From Bacillota bacterium (lineage in GTDB: Bacteria; Bacillota; Dehalobacteriia; UBA4068): a stretch of DNA of 64,000 nt. The notes under the pieces were generated by a model. That model did no database searches and was not told the DNA's origin. It saw only the letters and a list, made by a program, of their open reading frames with translations. Where the stretch lies: assembly GCA_050942825.1 (NCBI GenBank), contig JBMNOA010000001.1, forward strand, positions 8,354 to 72,353, written 5' to 3'. The number at the start of each line of letters is the position of its first letter. Within the stretch, counting starts at the first letter, position 1. The translations under genes and the position numbers were made by a program. Positions 62,148 to 64,000 of the stretch are shown here, piece by piece.

Positions 62148-64000
62148 CTATTTTACCCGACCACCGGCAGTGATATCTTGCACTTCTAAAACTTCCAGCT
62201 TGCCATCATAGGAGGCGGCCATAATCATACCTTGTGATTCTATGCCGCGCAATTTCACAGGCTTCAGGTTAGCCACGATGATCACATTTTTGCCAACCAT
62301 TTCCTCCGCCGTATAGTATTTAGCTACACCGGCAACCACTGCACGCTCTTCATTACCGACTAACACTCGTAATTTGAGCAGCTTATCGGCCTTTTCCACT
62401 TTTTCAGCGGCCAGTACTTTGGCCACCCGTATATCTAACTTAGCAAAATCTTCAATTGTTACCTGCGGAGCGATCGGCTCGAATTGAGCTTCTTCAACAG
62501 TTTCTTCCTGTTCGACTACAGTATGATCCAAGATCGCAGGATCTAATCTGGGAAAAAGAGGTTCCCCTCTTTGGATCTTGGTACCGGACGGGAAACGTCC
62601 CCAAGAAAGGCTGGGCCAAGAACAAATCTCATCTTTGCCTGATATTCCCAATTGTTGCCAAACCTTGGCTGGCAAATTTGGCATGACCGGTGTTATCATA
62701 ATCGTAACAATACGTAAAACTTCGACTGTATTATATAAAACTGTGGCCAGTTTATCCTTTTCTTGTGCTTTATTAAGAGCCCAGGGAGCTGCTTCATCAA
62801 TATATTTATTAGCTCTGTTGACTAATTTCCAAATACGGGCCAAAGCATTGGCAAATTCCAGATTATCCATTAATTGTTCTACTTCTGCCGGGGTGGATAT
62901 AGCCAATTGTAATAATTCATCATCAAAATCGCTGCCCTCACCCTGTGGAGGCAAAACAATACCCTCCTGAAATTTATCGATCATTGATGTGATACGGGAC
63001 AAAAGATTACCATAATCATTAGCTAAATCTATATTAGTCCTCTGCAAAAGAGCTTCCTCTGAATAGGTAGCATCCAAACCATAGGCCATTTCTCTGATCA
63101 AAAAGTAACGCACGGCATCAACACCGTATTTTTTCACTAAGGCTATCGGATCTACTACATTACCTTTGGACTTACTCATTTTTCCTTCGCCTAGCATCAG
63201 CCAACCATGACCAAAAACCTTTTTGGGGATAGGCATATCGGCTGACATCAAAATAATGGGCCAGATAACAGTATGGAAGCGGATAATATCTTTACCGACC
63301 AAATGCACATCCGCAGGCCAATATCGGCGATAAAGACTCTCATCATCGCTATAAAGACCGAGAGCAGAAACATAGTTGATCAAAGCGTCAAACCATACAT
63401 AGATCACATGGCTAGTATCAAAAGGAACAGGGATTCCCCAACTAAAGGTTGTACGTGATATACACAAGTCTTCCAAGCCCTGTTTAACAAAGTTAATCAT
63501 TTCATTTCGACGGCTTTCGGGTTGAATAAAATCAGGATTGCCTTCGATAAAATCCAACCACCGATCGGCATATTTGCTCATTTTGAAGAAATAACTTTCT
63601 TCCTTGGTTTTTTCCACCGCACGGCCACAATCGGGACAAGTATGATCTTCCCCCAACTGCCTTTCAGTAAAAAAAGTTTCGCAAGGAGTACAATACCAGC
63701 CTTCATATTCGGCTTTATAGATATCTCCTTTATCATAAATAGCCTGGAAGAGTGCCTGAGCGGTTTTTTTATGGCGGCCTTGAGTAGTACGGATAAAGTC
63801 ATCATAATTTATTGATAATACCTGCCATAAATTTTTGAATCCCTCCACAATCTCATCAACGAATTCTTGTGGCTCTTTGCCTGCTGCTTGGGCTCTGCGT
63901 TGGATTTTTTGACCATGTTCATCAGAACCGGTCAAAAAATAGGTGTCATAACCACGCATTTTTTTATAACGTGTCATAGTATCAGCAGCCACAGTAGTAT
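62148..64000 (-). CDS. metG: Methionine--tRNA ligase (5' end outside the window)
   Basis: [25 protein letters not shown]-terminal tRNA-binding domain. Confidence 0.97.
   Translation of the reverse strand, partial: TTVAADTMTRYKKMRGYDTYFLTGSDEHGQKIQRRAQAAGKEPQEFVDEIVEGFKNLWQVLSINYDDFIRTTQGRHKKTAQALFQAIYDKGDIYKAEYEGWYCTPCETFFTERQLGEDHTCPDCGRAVEKTKEESYFFKMSKYADRWLDFIEGNPDFIQPESRRNEMINFVKQGLEDLCISRTTFSWGIPVPFDTSHVIYVWFDALINYVSALGLYSDDESLYRRYWPADVHLVGKDIIRFHTVIWPIILMSADMPIPKKVFGHGWLMLGEGKMSKSKGNVVDPIALVKKYGVDAVRYFLIREMAYGLDATYSEEALLQRTNIDLANDYGNLLSRITSMIDKFQEGIVLPPQGEGSDFDDELLQLAISTPAEVEQLMDNLEFANALARIWKLVNRANKYIDEAAPWALNKAQEKDKLATVLYNTVEVLRIVTIMITPVMPNLPAKVWQQLGISGKDEICSWPSLSWGRFPSGTKIQRGEPLFPRLDPAILDHTVVEQEETVEEAQFEPIAPQVTIEDFAKLDIRVAKVLAAEKVEKADKLLKLRVLVGNEERAVVAGVAKYYTAEEMVGKNVIIVANLKPVKLRGIESQGMIMAASYDGKLEVLEVQDITAGGRVK

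Overview
Low-GC Firmicute chromosome segment (spore-forming Clostridia-like; the taxon is an inference from gene content) made up mostly of housekeeping genes: atpIBEFHAG, a chromate-transporter pair, trxB-like, leuS, pstSCAB-phoU-phoPR, a DtxR/MntR regulator, feoAB, prsA-mfd-pth, prs-glmU-spoVG, corA, ispE-nadE-patatin-dapL-dapF-glnA, sbcCD, glnS, lpdA, lgt, xth, rmuC, rsmA, a 3D/G5 protein, tatD and metG. Two accessory patches interrupt it. The first is a ~4.4 kb decayed serine-recombinase element (5344-9748) that appears to have split tRNA-Ala(GGC) in the D-arm and carries its own complete replacement tRNA. It also holds an attenuator-controlled methyltransferase, an orphan c-di-GMP-I riboswitch and three copies of a 17-bp palindrome. 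The second is a patch of mobile-DNA debris (about 21.8-23.4 kb) containing a phage prim-pol pseudogene. Other notable signals are an MgtL-like leader peptide plus structured RNA upstream of corA, an apparent ATT start for atpF, a NadE whose glutaminase domain looks catalytically dead, and a TrxB lacking the NADPH-binding HRR motif. All calls come from manual reading; no searches were run.
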